IMG/VR virus record: IMGVR_UViG_3300020043_002809
Location: 1 to 25,435 of that record
Reading direction: 5' to 3' (one strand)
DNA length: 25,435 nt
DNA from: a virus
Taxonomy: Duplodnaviria > Caudoviricetes
The position numbers and the translations under genes were made by a program. The notes beneath the pieces are model-generated. The model was not told where the DNA came from and ran no database searches. It was given only the letters and a program-made list of their open reading frames with translations. The stretch's first letter is position 1, and every line of letters starts with the position of its first letter. Below are positions 1-7,597 of the stretch, piece by piece.

Positions 1-44
1 ACAATGTTGAGCGAATAAAGCGGAATAATTCCTACGGTTGCATG
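1..44. repeat. Terminal inverted copy of 588-631 (likely fold-back chimera)
   Basis: The reverse complement of 1-44 matches 588-631 with 2 mismatches and creates the premature HNH stop. Confidence 0.85.
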
Positions 45-283
45 TTGCTCTGTTCCCAAAACTCACCACCCAATCGAACTGGATTAATGTGATCTATAAC
101 GTTAGCTACAGTCACACGGCCAAGCTTACCACACTCAACACATAGAGGCGAAGCCTGCAATATAGCTCGGCGCATTGCTCTCCATTGCTTGGTCTGATAC
201 CCTGAATGGTAATAGTTGCGGCCTTGGTGGTCGTTGTTGTCACGTTGCGGCGACTGCTTAGCCCGTTTGTTAATGGTCGGCAT
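32..283 (-). CDS. HNH endonuclease (packaging-associated, HK97 gp74-like), 3' end truncated by the contig-end chimera
   Basis: Motif WRAMR..PLCVEC...VIDHINP..GG...NMQP; the expected LCxxCH end is missing. Start reassigned to ATG 283, directly after the promoter box. Confidence 0.85.
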   Translation of the reverse strand: MPTINKRAKQSPQRDNNDHQGRNYYHSGYQTKQWRAMRRAILQASPLCVECGKLGRVTVANVIDHINPVRLGGEFWEQSNMQP

Positions 284-287
284 GTTG

Positions 288-295
288 CAAATATA
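288..295 (-). promoter_or_regulatory. Bacteroidota -7 promoter box TATATTTG, 4 nt before the HNH ATG
   Basis: TATATTTG-CAAC-ATG; the identical 15-mer occurs at 17916-17930. Confidence 0.65.
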
Positions 296-309
296 GGATT
301 TTTTTAATT

Positions 310-574
310 GGGTAAGATGGGTAAGATGTGGGTAAGATAAAAACAAGCTATCTTACCCAACCTCAGCCCCAATAAATACAAGGCCTCGAATGCTATTGGG
401 TAAGATGGGTAAGATACTTTTATAAAATATGCAGGATAAAATAAATTTATATATACACACACAATATTTTTTTATATTACATTAACTCTCCAAGGAATTT
501 AGTTACCTATCTTACCTATCTTACCCAGCATGGTGCTAACTTGTTGAATATCAATACTCACTTTTGGGTAAGAT
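310..574. repeat. Iteron cluster (GGGTAAGAT), probable replication origin
   Basis: Exact forward copies at 310, 319, 330, 398, 407 and 566; exact inverted copies at 350 and 518; variant at 509. AT-rich core at about 416-485. Directly downstream of the primase-helicase. Confidence 0.8.
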
Positions 575-2675
575 AAATTGCTGCAACCATGTAACCGTAG
601 GAATTATTCCGCTTTATTCGCTCAAAATTGTGTTTTCTTAGCATTTGGCCAAGGCGTTTAATGCTTAATTTTTGGTTACTATTCTCCTCTAAATAGTCCT
701 TAATCATGGTTGTTGGCATCCATTGCCTAGTCCTTATGTTGGTATCGTTGGCATTAAAATGCTGCAATAACAACTCTTCTTCGATGCTTATTTCTAAAAA
801 ATCCTCGCTGACTTGCTCCATCAAATTAACAAAATCGCCCTCCAAATCGGAGGTTTCTCCGCTGTTAACCAATGCAACGCACTGGGCAAATAGTTGCTCC
901 TTATCGATACTATTATACAGCTTATAATCAAACTGCCCGACAACCTCAAACACGATAAAACGGCGGTTCCCTGTTGGATCATTTAACACGTCTAATTCGT
1001 TGCACGTACCGCACAGCGTCGCAATACGTTTAAGCGTCACGTTATTACGTCCGTATGGCTCACGCAGCGTAAACGATGGAGCTGATAATATCCGTTTCAT
1101 GTGCTTAGCGTCCTGCTTGGATTTCCCTGAAAATTCGTCATCAAATATCAGTAACGATTGACACATTAAAATTTCGTCATCTTTGCCACGGTCTAACTGC
1201 GACATTGCAAAATATCTGTTTAACTGCTCCGGTAATAACCGCGTGAAAAACGTTGATTTACCCGTGTTTTGTTTCCCTGCTAATACCAGGCACAAAATAT
1301 TTGGTTTGCCTTTTAGTATGCTTTCCACTATTCCAATAAGCCACGCACGCAGGCCAAATTCGCGATATTCCGGCGTGCCTGTGTTGCTGTTTATTGATTC
1401 AGCAAGTTTGGCAATATGGTCTACTCCATCCCATTTAAGGCCCTCAAAATACGATTTTATAGGGTTATAACTTGGCGTATAATTTGAAAAAATAACGCTC
1501 TCCACTATATCCCTAGAAACTTTAGGAAATTGCTTTTTTGCGTCTATGTAGATCGTGTTTATGTCGGATTGCTCCAGCTGCTTGCCTTGCATTTCGTAAA
1601 ACCGCGTAACCTCATTTTTTTTGATGGGAAAACGCTCACGCAGCCATATTTCAAAGGCCTCAATATCAAACTGCCCACGGTGCTGCTGTTCAGGCTTAGC
1701 AAATTCCTCGGCTACTATTTCAGGAATTAAGTCGGGGTTTTCTGAAATTACTTGTTTTTCGGTCATTCCAGCGCTGCGAAGCTTGCGCGCTGTTTGTCTG
1801 GTTTTGGTTTCTAGCTCGTCGGTTATACTAATACCATTTCTTAAACATTCAAAATAAAAACTGGCAATACACGCCTTATTGTTTGAATCTTTGCCGTAAA
1901 AACTTTTATATTTTTCTTCCGTTTCAACCGAATTATAATCAGGATAAAATTGGCTTAAATACTGATAATAATCTAACCCTGCCTCACCATATTCTGAATA
2001 AATAGCATACCCCAATTTAATCCAAACATTGTATTCTTTTGTAATATCAAAATTTATACTATATAAAATCCTTTCAAATTTATTTTGATAATGATCAGAT
2101 TTTTTAAATGTGGTAATAAATTTTACTTCTTCTTTAGTTGGTTTTGGTAAATATTTCTTAAATATTTCTGATTTTTCATTTAAAAACAAATCAGGATCGT
2201 ATGACAAATAGCGCGGACGGCTTACGTCCTTGCAAGCTCTGTCTAATTGTAATTTATAATTTAACCAATAGTATTGCTCTAATCCCTCAAAAGCCTCTGC
2301 ATGTTTTTTACCATCAATTTTTACAATCACACAAATACCAGTTCCTGAAATTGACCTAAAAACAGCAAAACTATAAACGTCGTTAATAAGCAGATTGAAC
2401 GCGTCGCCAATGTCCTCCACATGGTCAAAATCAATCGCAATCAATCCGCTGTGTTTAATTATTGCGTCATTTTTACGCTGTGTAAATGTTCCGCTAACTG
2501 TTATATAGGGGGCTTTTGCTTTTGCCTCTTTTCTGTCTTTATCAGTTTTCGCATTTCGAACTGGATAAACATAATCCTCGTAAATCCCGTTTTTTATGTT
2601 TTCTAAAATACTTACGATATCGGCAACTTCTTTGCTATCGGTATTTTTAATTGTTGGATAAAAGGAAACTTTCAT
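558..2675 (-). CDS. Primase-helicase: BT4734/VirE-N-like primase domain, PriCT-2-like domain, VapE/VirE-type ATPase
   Basis: N-terminal HSGLIAIDFD...RSISGTG...DRACKDVSRPRYLSYDP; PriCT-like WIKLGYAI; Walker A GKQNTGKS; Walker B IFDDE; DPTGNRRF. Confidence 0.88.
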   Translation of the reverse strand: MKVSFYPTIKNTDSKEVADIVSILENIKNGIYEDYVYPVRNAKTDKDRKEAKAKAPYITVSGTFTQRKNDAIIKHSGLIAIDFDHVEDIGDAFNLLINDVYSFAVFRSISGTGICVIVKIDGKKHAEAFEGLEQYYWLNYKLQLDRACKDVSRPRYLSYDPDLFLNEKSEIFKKYLPKPTKEEVKFITTFKKSDHYQNKFERILYSINFDITKEYNVWIKLGYAIYSEYGEAGLDYYQYLSQFYPDYNSVETEEKYKSFYGKDSNNKACIASFYFECLRNGISITDELETKTRQTARKLRSAGMTEKQVISENPDLIPEIVAEEFAKPEQQHRGQFDIEAFEIWLRERFPIKKNEVTRFYEMQGKQLEQSDINTIYIDAKKQFPKVSRDIVESVIFSNYTPSYNPIKSYFEGLKWDGVDHIAKLAESINSNTGTPEYREFGLRAWLIGIVESILKGKPNILCLVLAGKQNTGKSTFFTRLLPEQLNRYFAMSQLDRGKDDEILMCQSLLIFDDEFSGKSKQDAKHMKRILSAPSFTLREPYGRNNVTLKRIATLCGTCNELDVLNDPTGNRRFIVFEVVGQFDYKLYNSIDKEQLFAQCVALVNSGETSDLEGDFVNLMEQVSEDFLEISIEEELLLQHFNANDTNIRTRQWMPTTMIKDYLEENSNQKLSIKRLGQMLRKHNFERIKRNNSYGYMVAAIYLTQK

Positions 2676-2974
2676 GAATTTAGCTCCTTATCCAAACTTT
2701 TTTGTCGTGTCCTTGTTAAAAATTCAGGATCTTCATTAAAAGCTTTTTTCGCCCAAATTTTAATTAATTGACTGTCATCAGAATTTTGCAATAAATAAAT
2801 TGTTAGCAATTGACATTCAAAATTTCTTATAAATGCCACACTTTGTAAACGGCAATTATATTTAATCCATTTTAATTTTCTAATAAGCTCGTAATCGCTT
2901 AATTCAAATGCTACATAATAGCAGGCGGTTCTACATTCCGTAAAATCAGCCTCTTTGTCGATGTATTTTATCAT
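2672..2974 (-). CDS. Hypothetical protein, translationally coupled to the primase
   Basis: 100-aa ORF with an ATGA overlap into the primase start. Confidence 0.6.
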   Translation of the reverse strand: MIKYIDKEADFTECRTACYYVAFELSDYELIRKLKWIKYNCRLQSVAFIRNFECQLLTIYLLQNSDDSQLIKIWAKKAFNEDPEFLTRTRQKSLDKELNS

Positions 2975-3070
2975 AAATAAAAAACCCCATCAAATAGCCG
3001 CAGTGCAAGTACGTCTATTTAATAGGGCAAAAATCTTTTAACTATAAGGATCTTGCACATCCTAGTTAAC
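2975..3070 (-). ncRNA. Structured 5' leader: two hairpins with complementary loops, the second being an intrinsic terminator
   Basis: Hairpin 1 (3069-3038) has loop GUGCAAG; hairpin 2 (3028-2984) has loop CUUGCAC and is followed by UUUUUAUUU-AUG. G-U pairs work only on the minus strand. Confidence 0.75.
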
Positions 3071-3074
3071 GACA

Positions 3075-3106
3075 CAAATATAGGAAAAATTATTCCCCCC
3101 TCCAAG
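3075..3106 (-). promoter_or_regulatory. Bacteroidota promoter for the primase operon
   Basis: CTTG (3106-3103), 20-nt spacer, TATATTTG (3082-3075); predicted start near 3070 at the base of hairpin 1. Confidence 0.7.
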
Positions 3107-3509
3107 CCTTCAAAACAGCCTCATACTTAGCTAACTGCTTGCCGTAGTATTTCGGCATATTCTGCCACATCTCAAATACATGCTTATGGTGGATTACCGT
3201 GCTATGGTCGCGCCCCAGGTATTGCCCAATTTTAAAATAGGTATATTCCAAATCATTGCGTCCAATATTCGAGAAAACGACGCGCGCTTCCACTATGTTG
3301 CTGCGCTTAGATTTGCCCCTAATTTCGTTTTGTTTTAAGCCATACATGGTACTGACGTGGTTGTACAAACGATCTAAATCGCCGCCAAGTTGGTTGTTTT
3401 TCAAAAACTCTTGATAAAAAATCGCCTGGTCCCACGTCTTGAAACTTGCGAGCCACTCGCCCTTAACTGTTATATCAATACGGCCGTCGTTTTCTGCAAG
3501 TACTATCAT
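3090..3509 (-). CDS. DnaA C-terminal (domain IV)-like HTH DNA-binding protein
   Basis: EIRGKSKRSNIVEAR...YFKIGQYLGRDHSTVIH resembles the DnaA domain IV signature (GGRDHTTV). Confidence 0.75.
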   Translation of the reverse strand: MIVLAENDGRIDITVKGEWLASFKTWDQAIFYQEFLKNNQLGGDLDRLYNHVSTMYGLKQNEIRGKSKRSNIVEARVVFSNIGRNDLEYTYFKIGQYLGRDHSTVIHHKHVFEMWQNMPKYYGKQLAKYEAVLKAWRGE

Positions 3510-3790
3510 GGCCGTGGTAGGTTTTGAACTAAAATATAATGGGTTGCAGGAAAATCAAAATCATCGCTCCACATGCCAAACGCAAAGCCGTCTGTGTGGC
3601 TGTTATAAAACAGGTAATAACAGCTCTTTTTTAGTTTAGCCCCGTGGTATTCTAGCCACTCAATATTACGCCCCCACGATTGCTTAAGAGCTTTGTCCAA
3701 TAATTCTATTTTATCGCATTTTTCACGAAGTTGCTGCAAATTTTCTCCGTAGGCATCACGCCAATAGGTTTGTGTATATTCAGCGGTCAT
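3506..3790 (-). CDS. Hypothetical protein
   Basis: 94-aa ORF with 4-nt overlaps on both sides. Confidence 0.6.
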   Translation of the reverse strand: MTAEYTQTYWRDAYGENLQQLREKCDKIELLDKALKQSWGRNIEWLEYHGAKLKKSCYYLFYNSHTDGFAFGMWSDDFDFPATHYILVQNLPRP

Positions 3791-4170
3791 TTTTTCTCCT
3801 TTCTGTTATTCCTTGCCCACTCTGCCTTATATGCTTTCCGCTTTTCCTCCGCTTCTTTTAGCTGCTTGTTTTCACGCACTAGCGCGCCAATTGTTTCCTC
3901 GGCGTCGATGGTGTAAGCCTTGCATTTTTTAAGCTGAGCAATTGAGTCATCCAGCGCGCTAATAGCGGTTTGATATTTGTCCGCAATATTATTCGCCGAC
4001 TGCTTCATTTCCTGCGCCTTCAATTCTGTTTCAAACACTTGCCTGGTAAGCTTACGCAGTTCGTTTGTTTTTTCGCGCAGGCGCTTGGTTAATTTGTCGT
4101 TAACGTACAACGCTACGGAAGTCGTTAATGCTGTGCCAATAATGGCACCAATAATTAGTTGGTTATTCAT
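3787..4170 (-). CDS. Membrane-anchored coiled-coil protein
   Basis: N-terminal hydrophobic helix (LIIGAIIGTALTTSVALYV) followed by a K/E/L-rich heptad region. Confidence 0.65.
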   Translation of the reverse strand: MNNQLIIGAIIGTALTTSVALYVNDKLTKRLREKTNELRKLTRQVFETELKAQEMKQSANNIADKYQTAISALDDSIAQLKKCKAYTIDAEETIGALVRENKQLKEAEEKRKAYKAEWARNNRKEKK

Positions 4171-4354
4171 GATTTATTAAGTTAGTGATTGTAGTTTCTG
4201 CAAGTCCTAAACGCTCCCCAATAGCCCTATGCGTTAGCCTAAAATCCTCGCGCAGGATTAAGATAGCATAATCGCGCGCGCTGCATGGTAATTCAAGCTC
4301 CAGCGGTAATTCGTCGGGCTTGATTATTGTTTCGTTGTCTTGGGTGATGGTCAT
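4163..4354 (-). CDS. Small HTH DNA-binding protein
   Basis: LTHRAIGERLGLAETTITN fits an HTH pattern. Confidence 0.6.
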   Translation of the reverse strand: MTITQDNETIIKPDELPLELELPCSARDYAILILREDFRLTHRAIGERLGLAETTITNLINHE

Positions 4355-4515
4355 TTGTTACCTCCGAATGTTTGGTTTAAAACTTCTACTAAGTCTGTGG
4401 CATCATAACCGTTGGTGCTTCCAATTTTTTCACCATTAACATACACGTCATATCCGTATGTTGTGCAACAACCATCAGCGCAAGTGTGTTCGTAATCTAC
4501 GAGTTCAATTCTCAT
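4351..4515 (-). CDS. 54-aa hypothetical protein absent from the ORF track (MRIELVDYEHTCADGCCTTYG...QTFGGNK)
   Basis: Manually translated; fills the gap exactly, has GGAGG 5 nt before ATG and an ATGA overlap downstream; contains HTCADGCC. Confidence 0.75.
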   Translation of the reverse strand: MRIELVDYEHTCADGCCTTYGYDVYVNGEKIGSTNGYDATDLVEVLNQTFGGNK

Positions 4516-4726
4516 TGTTACCTCCGTATGTTTCGTTGTAGTATTGTTCCCAATTAGATGGGCTGTTTATGTCATAATATGCATTTACTCCATTATCAAA
4601 AGCCTTTTCTATTTCTTTATTGTGCATTGCTTTGGCTTGTTCGATAATATCTTGCCATTTTAAAGAATCTTTTAAGTGTATATTATTTAATATAAACTCT
4701 ACGCTACTTTGTTTATTGTTGCTCAT
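4505..4726 (-). CDS. Small accessory protein (MSNNKQ..VE..EQAKAM..ETYGGN type)
   Basis: Paralogous to 4938-5357; identical first 17 nt. Confidence 0.75.
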   Translation of the reverse strand: MSNNKQSSVEFILNNIHLKDSLKWQDIIEQAKAMHNKEIEKAFDNGVNAYYDINSPSNWEQYYNETYGGNNEN

Positions 4727-4740
4727 TTGTTGCCTCCGTA

Positions 4741-4941
4741 TTAAATAATTTTTGTTTCAAATAAAAAATTGTTTTGTAAACTTTCTAAACTTTTAAACCA
4801 AAATAACTTATCTGACATACCTGCATAACTAATAAAAGGTTTCCATTCTTTTTTATTAGGTAGCAAAAATCTTTTAGTTATATGTAAATATTCGACAGCA
4901 TACTTTCCTCCCTGTTGTCTTATTCTAAATTCAGGTTTCAT
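4741..4941 (-). CDS. Hypothetical AT-rich accessory protein
   Basis: 66-aa ORF bounded by junction motifs on both sides. Confidence 0.65.
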   Translation of the reverse strand: MKPEFRIRQQGGKYAVEYLHITKRFLLPNKKEWKPFISYAGMSDKLFWFKSLESLQNNFLFETKII

Positions 4942-5357
4942 TGGTTACCTCCGTATATTTCATTATGGAACTTTTCAACTGCTTCATAAGTGTTAGTACC
5001 ACTTGTCTGATTGTACCACCAAAAAAAGAAATCAGTAGCAAATTTTATTTTTTCTTGCTTCTCCATTTCTTTGGCTTGTTCTAAAAGCTCCTCGTGGGTA
5101 AACGTTGATGTGTCAGTCGTATTGCTGAACACTCTGCGTAGTTGGTTGTCGTACCACTCTACTGCTGTTTTCTGGTTGTTGTTTATAATTGTTTTGTTGT
5201 TTATTGTTTCTTGTTTGTGCATTTCTTTAGCCTTACTTATAGTATAGTGTATTCGTGATTCATAAGCATATGCACTGATTCTATTCTTATTTAATTCTAA
5301 TAATTGAAGTTGGTGAATCAACCACTCCACTGCCGTTTGTTGTTTATTGTTGCTCAT
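4938..5357 (-). CDS. Accessory protein with an internal tandem duplication (TAVEW...AKEMxKQE twice)
   Basis: NNKQQTAVEWL..AKEMHKQE and NNNQKTAVEWY..AKEMEKQE. Confidence 0.75.
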   Translation of the reverse strand: MSNNKQQTAVEWLIHQLQLLELNKNRISAYAYESRIHYTISKAKEMHKQETINNKTIINNNQKTAVEWYDNQLRRVFSNTTDTSTFTHEELLEQAKEMEKQEKIKFATDFFFWWYNQTSGTNTYEAVEKFHNEIYGGNQ

Positions 5358-5566
5358 AACTGCCCCCCTCTATACATGCGTTTAACTTCCTGTTTCCAAT
5401 GCTCGGTAGCATCGTTAAAACCTTCCACATAGGCGTCGCGCTCAAACTGATAGGGTTGCGCCTCTACAATTTCAACGCGGCGCGTTAATTTCTTCCACAG
5501 CTTGTGCATCAAAAATGCCACTGGGATGCTGATGGGGTACAAAATCAAAAATTCGATTGGTAGCAT
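5354..5566 (-). CDS. Small membrane-anchored hypothetical protein
   Basis: N-terminal hydrophobic stretch; first gene after the promoter at 5590-5621. Confidence 0.65.
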   Translation of the reverse strand: MLPIEFLILYPISIPVAFLMHKLWKKLTRRVEIVEAQPYQFERDAYVEGFNDATEHWKQEVKRMYRGGQL

Positions 5567-5589
5567 AATATTTTGTTTTTAATGTTCAA

Positions 5590-5621
5590 CAAACCTATGC
5601 ACATTAATTTAACAATACAAA
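5590..5621 (-). promoter_or_regulatory. Consensus Bacteroidota promoter driving the accessory array
   Basis: TTTG (5621-5618), 20-nt spacer, TAGGTTTG (5597-5590). Confidence 0.75.
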
Positions 5622-5626
5622 TCTTA

Positions 5627-5642
5627 GTTGCAAAATTGCAAC
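5627..5642. promoter_or_regulatory. Palindrome GTTGCAA-AA-TTGCAAC, candidate operator
   Basis: Perfect 7-2-7 inverted repeat just upstream of the -33 box. Confidence 0.5.
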
Positions 5643-5655
5643 AAATATGACAATT

Positions 5656-6030
5656 CTATGACAATACACGAATCCCTTCGCTCACGGAGCGCACTATGGC
5701 AGCCTTGCCTCCTGCGGCATTTACCACATTAACAAAATTTTTCTGCTCATCAGTGGCGCGGCCTTTCGGCGTCTTAACCTCCAGCGCAACAAACACAGCC
5801 ACCTGTTGCCCTACCATATCCGGGGTAACGGTTACCGATTTCCATCCTATTAAATCGCTGCTGCCTTGGATTAACCCATAACGGACTTTATTCGTCGCGT
5901 CAAACCCTGTATTATTTCGGAATATCCGAACGCCTGTAATTTTACTAACTGCCAACATAATCTGCCGCATAAGGCTCGTTTCGTTTGTTGGCGTGTCCAA
6001 CGGCTCAGCCCTAAATTTCCCGCGCTCCAT
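5656..6030 (-). CDS. VRR-NUC domain nuclease (PD-(D/E)XK)
   Basis: RNNTG...GSSDLIG...ALEVKTPKGRATDEQKNF...GG.A.IVRSV. Start reassigned to ATG 6030. Confidence 0.88.
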   Translation of the reverse strand: MERGKFRAEPLDTPTNETSLMRQIMLAVSKITGVRIFRNNTGFDATNKVRYGLIQGSSDLIGWKSVTVTPDMVGQQVAVFVALEVKTPKGRATDEQKNFVNVVNAAGGKAAIVRSVSEGIRVLS

Positions 6031-6043
6031 TGCGCTAATATAA

Positions 6044-7390
6044 TTATTTACGATTATATAACTGCCAACGGTGGTATGCCCACCCGGGTTTATACCCACG
6101 GCGAAACGCTATCGCTTTCAATTCTTCCAGCGACTTAGCGCCCCAAACTTCAACTTTCGCCTCACGTTTTACGCGCTCTACATCCTCCACCGGCACCAAT
6201 TGCCCTGCAACTTTTTTAAGCTGCCTTGGTTTTAACGGCGCAGGCGCTCCGCATTCAGGGCAAACAGCCGCTTGGTGTACAGCGTAGCACAGTTTGCATT
6301 GCCTAACCGCCTCCGCTGTTTTCTGCCTTGCCTGTTTATCGCGTCCCTCCAACGTCCACTCGCGTGCCGCTGTCGGCATACCATGGCGAAATACATTTCC
6401 CGCGTGATCTAATATAACGGCGTGCTGTTTACCATCCATCGGCCGCAACGCTCTGCCCACTTGCTGCAAATACAGCGCTTCCGATTTTGTCGGCCGCAAT
6501 AATATCGCCGCTGCCACTGCAGGAATGTCGGTGCCTTCGCTTACTATGTCGCAGCTTGTTAGTACCTGGATGCTTCCATCGGTTAGGCCATTTATTAAAC
6601 GCTTCCGCTCGCTGTCGTCCATGCTTCCGTCCACGGCCGCGCTGCGATAACCGGCATCGGTGAACGCTTGAGCCGTTGCCTGAGCGTGCTGCACAGATAC
6701 GCAGAAAACTATTGCAGGCAATCCGTCGGCATGCTGTTGGTATTCGCGCACCGCGTCCCCTGTTATTCTCGACTTCATTAACGCGGTTTCTAAGTCCGCG
6801 CGGTTGTAATCGCCACCCACTGAGCGCACGCCTGTAAGGTCGGCCACGCTTGCAGCATATATTTTCGGCTCGCACAGAAATCCGTCCGTAATAAGTTGAC
6901 GCATTTTAACGCCTTCTAACAGCACATCGAACGCGTCGCCTAATCCTTTGCCATCCATGCGGCACGGCGTGGCTGTAACGCCAAGCAAATAAGCCTGCGG
7001 TTGTTTCTCAATTATTCCTGCCCAACTGCCAGCAACGGCGTGATGCGCTTCGTCGCAGATAATTAGATCGTATGTTTTAAGCTCGCGCCGCGCTGCCGTC
7101 TGCACCATCGCCACAGATACGGGCCACTCGTTTAAGGTGGGCTTGCCTGCCTCGATAGTTTCCCAAGGTACGCCCCATTGTGATAGCTTGGCCGTTGTCT
7201 GCCTCAGCAATTCCTGTCTATGCACAAGAATTAAAACCGATTTACCCTTCCGCACCGCTTCCCTAGTTATGTGGCAAAATATAACCGTCTTGCCTCCACC
7301 TGTAGGCAACTGATATAATACCCTTCTGTGGGATTTAAACGCCGCGCGTATGTCGTCAACGGCTTGGGCTTGGTATGGGCGTAAATTCAT
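6044..7390 (-). CDS. SF2 DEAH helicase (RadD/YejH/UvsW-like) with C-terminal Zn finger
   Basis: LRPYQ, PTGGGKT, DEAHH, TATP, QQVGRALR, CKLC...CPEC. Confidence 0.93.
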   Translation of the reverse strand: MNLRPYQAQAVDDIRAAFKSHRRVLYQLPTGGGKTVIFCHITREAVRKGKSVLILVHRQELLRQTTAKLSQWGVPWETIEAGKPTLNEWPVSVAMVQTAARRELKTYDLIICDEAHHAVAGSWAGIIEKQPQAYLLGVTATPCRMDGKGLGDAFDVLLEGVKMRQLITDGFLCEPKIYAASVADLTGVRSVGGDYNRADLETALMKSRITGDAVREYQQHADGLPAIVFCVSVQHAQATAQAFTDAGYRSAAVDGSMDDSERKRLINGLTDGSIQVLTSCDIVSEGTDIPAVAAAILLRPTKSEALYLQQVGRALRPMDGKQHAVILDHAGNVFRHGMPTAAREWTLEGRDKQARQKTAEAVRQCKLCYAVHQAAVCPECGAPAPLKPRQLKKVAGQLVPVEDVERVKREAKVEVWGAKSLEELKAIAFRRGYKPGWAYHRWQLYNRK

Positions 7391-7554
7391 AACCTCTCAA
7401 TAGCTTGCTGCAACCTTTGATAAATTTTGATTGACTTAGGCGCTTCCTTTTCCCAGCGCGCTATCACGCTTCTATGTATGCCCAATTCGTCGCAAATGCT
7501 GCTCAATGTTCGTCCTTTTTTTGCTGCTTTATTTTTTAATTCTTGTAAAAACAT
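7387..7554 (-). CDS. 55-aa Cro/XRE-like HTH regulator absent from the ORF track
   Basis: MFLQELKNKAAKKGRTLSSICDELGIHRSVIARWEKEAPKSIKIYQRLQQAIERL; ATGA overlap with the helicase start. Confidence 0.8.
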   Translation of the reverse strand: MFLQELKNKAAKKGRTLSSICDELGIHRSVIARWEKEAPKSIKIYQRLQQAIERL

Positions 7555-7555
7555 A

Positions 7556-7589
7556 TTGCAAAGATAGTATTTTGTTCTATATTTGCAAC
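7556..7589. promoter_or_regulatory. Overlapping divergent promoters
   Basis: Plus: TTG 7556-7558, 19-nt spacer, TATATTTG 7578-7585. Minus: TTG 7588-7586, 19-nt spacer, TATCTTTG 7566-7559. Confidence 0.75.
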
Positions 7590-7597
7590 AATAAAAT

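Larger units (their letters stand above)
4351..4961 (-). repeat. Four copies of a gene-junction motif T(A/T)CGGAGG(T/C)AAC(A/C)(A)ATGA
   Basis: Copies begin on the plus strand at 4351, 4512, 4723 and 4938; each ends in the next gene's ATG. Confidence 0.85.

Noticed and set aside
32-44. HNH pseudogene from a premature stop
   Set aside because: The stop lies inside the inverted copy at the contig end, so it is probably an artefact.
310-574. CRISPR array or simple microsatellite
   Set aside because: The repeats are 9 bp, in both orientations and irregularly spaced, with no spacers or cas genes. An iteron origin fits better.
3787-4170. i-spanin (TM plus coiled coil)
   Set aside because: It lies in the early/accessory operon far from the lysis genes, with no overlapping lipoprotein (o-spanin) ORF seen.
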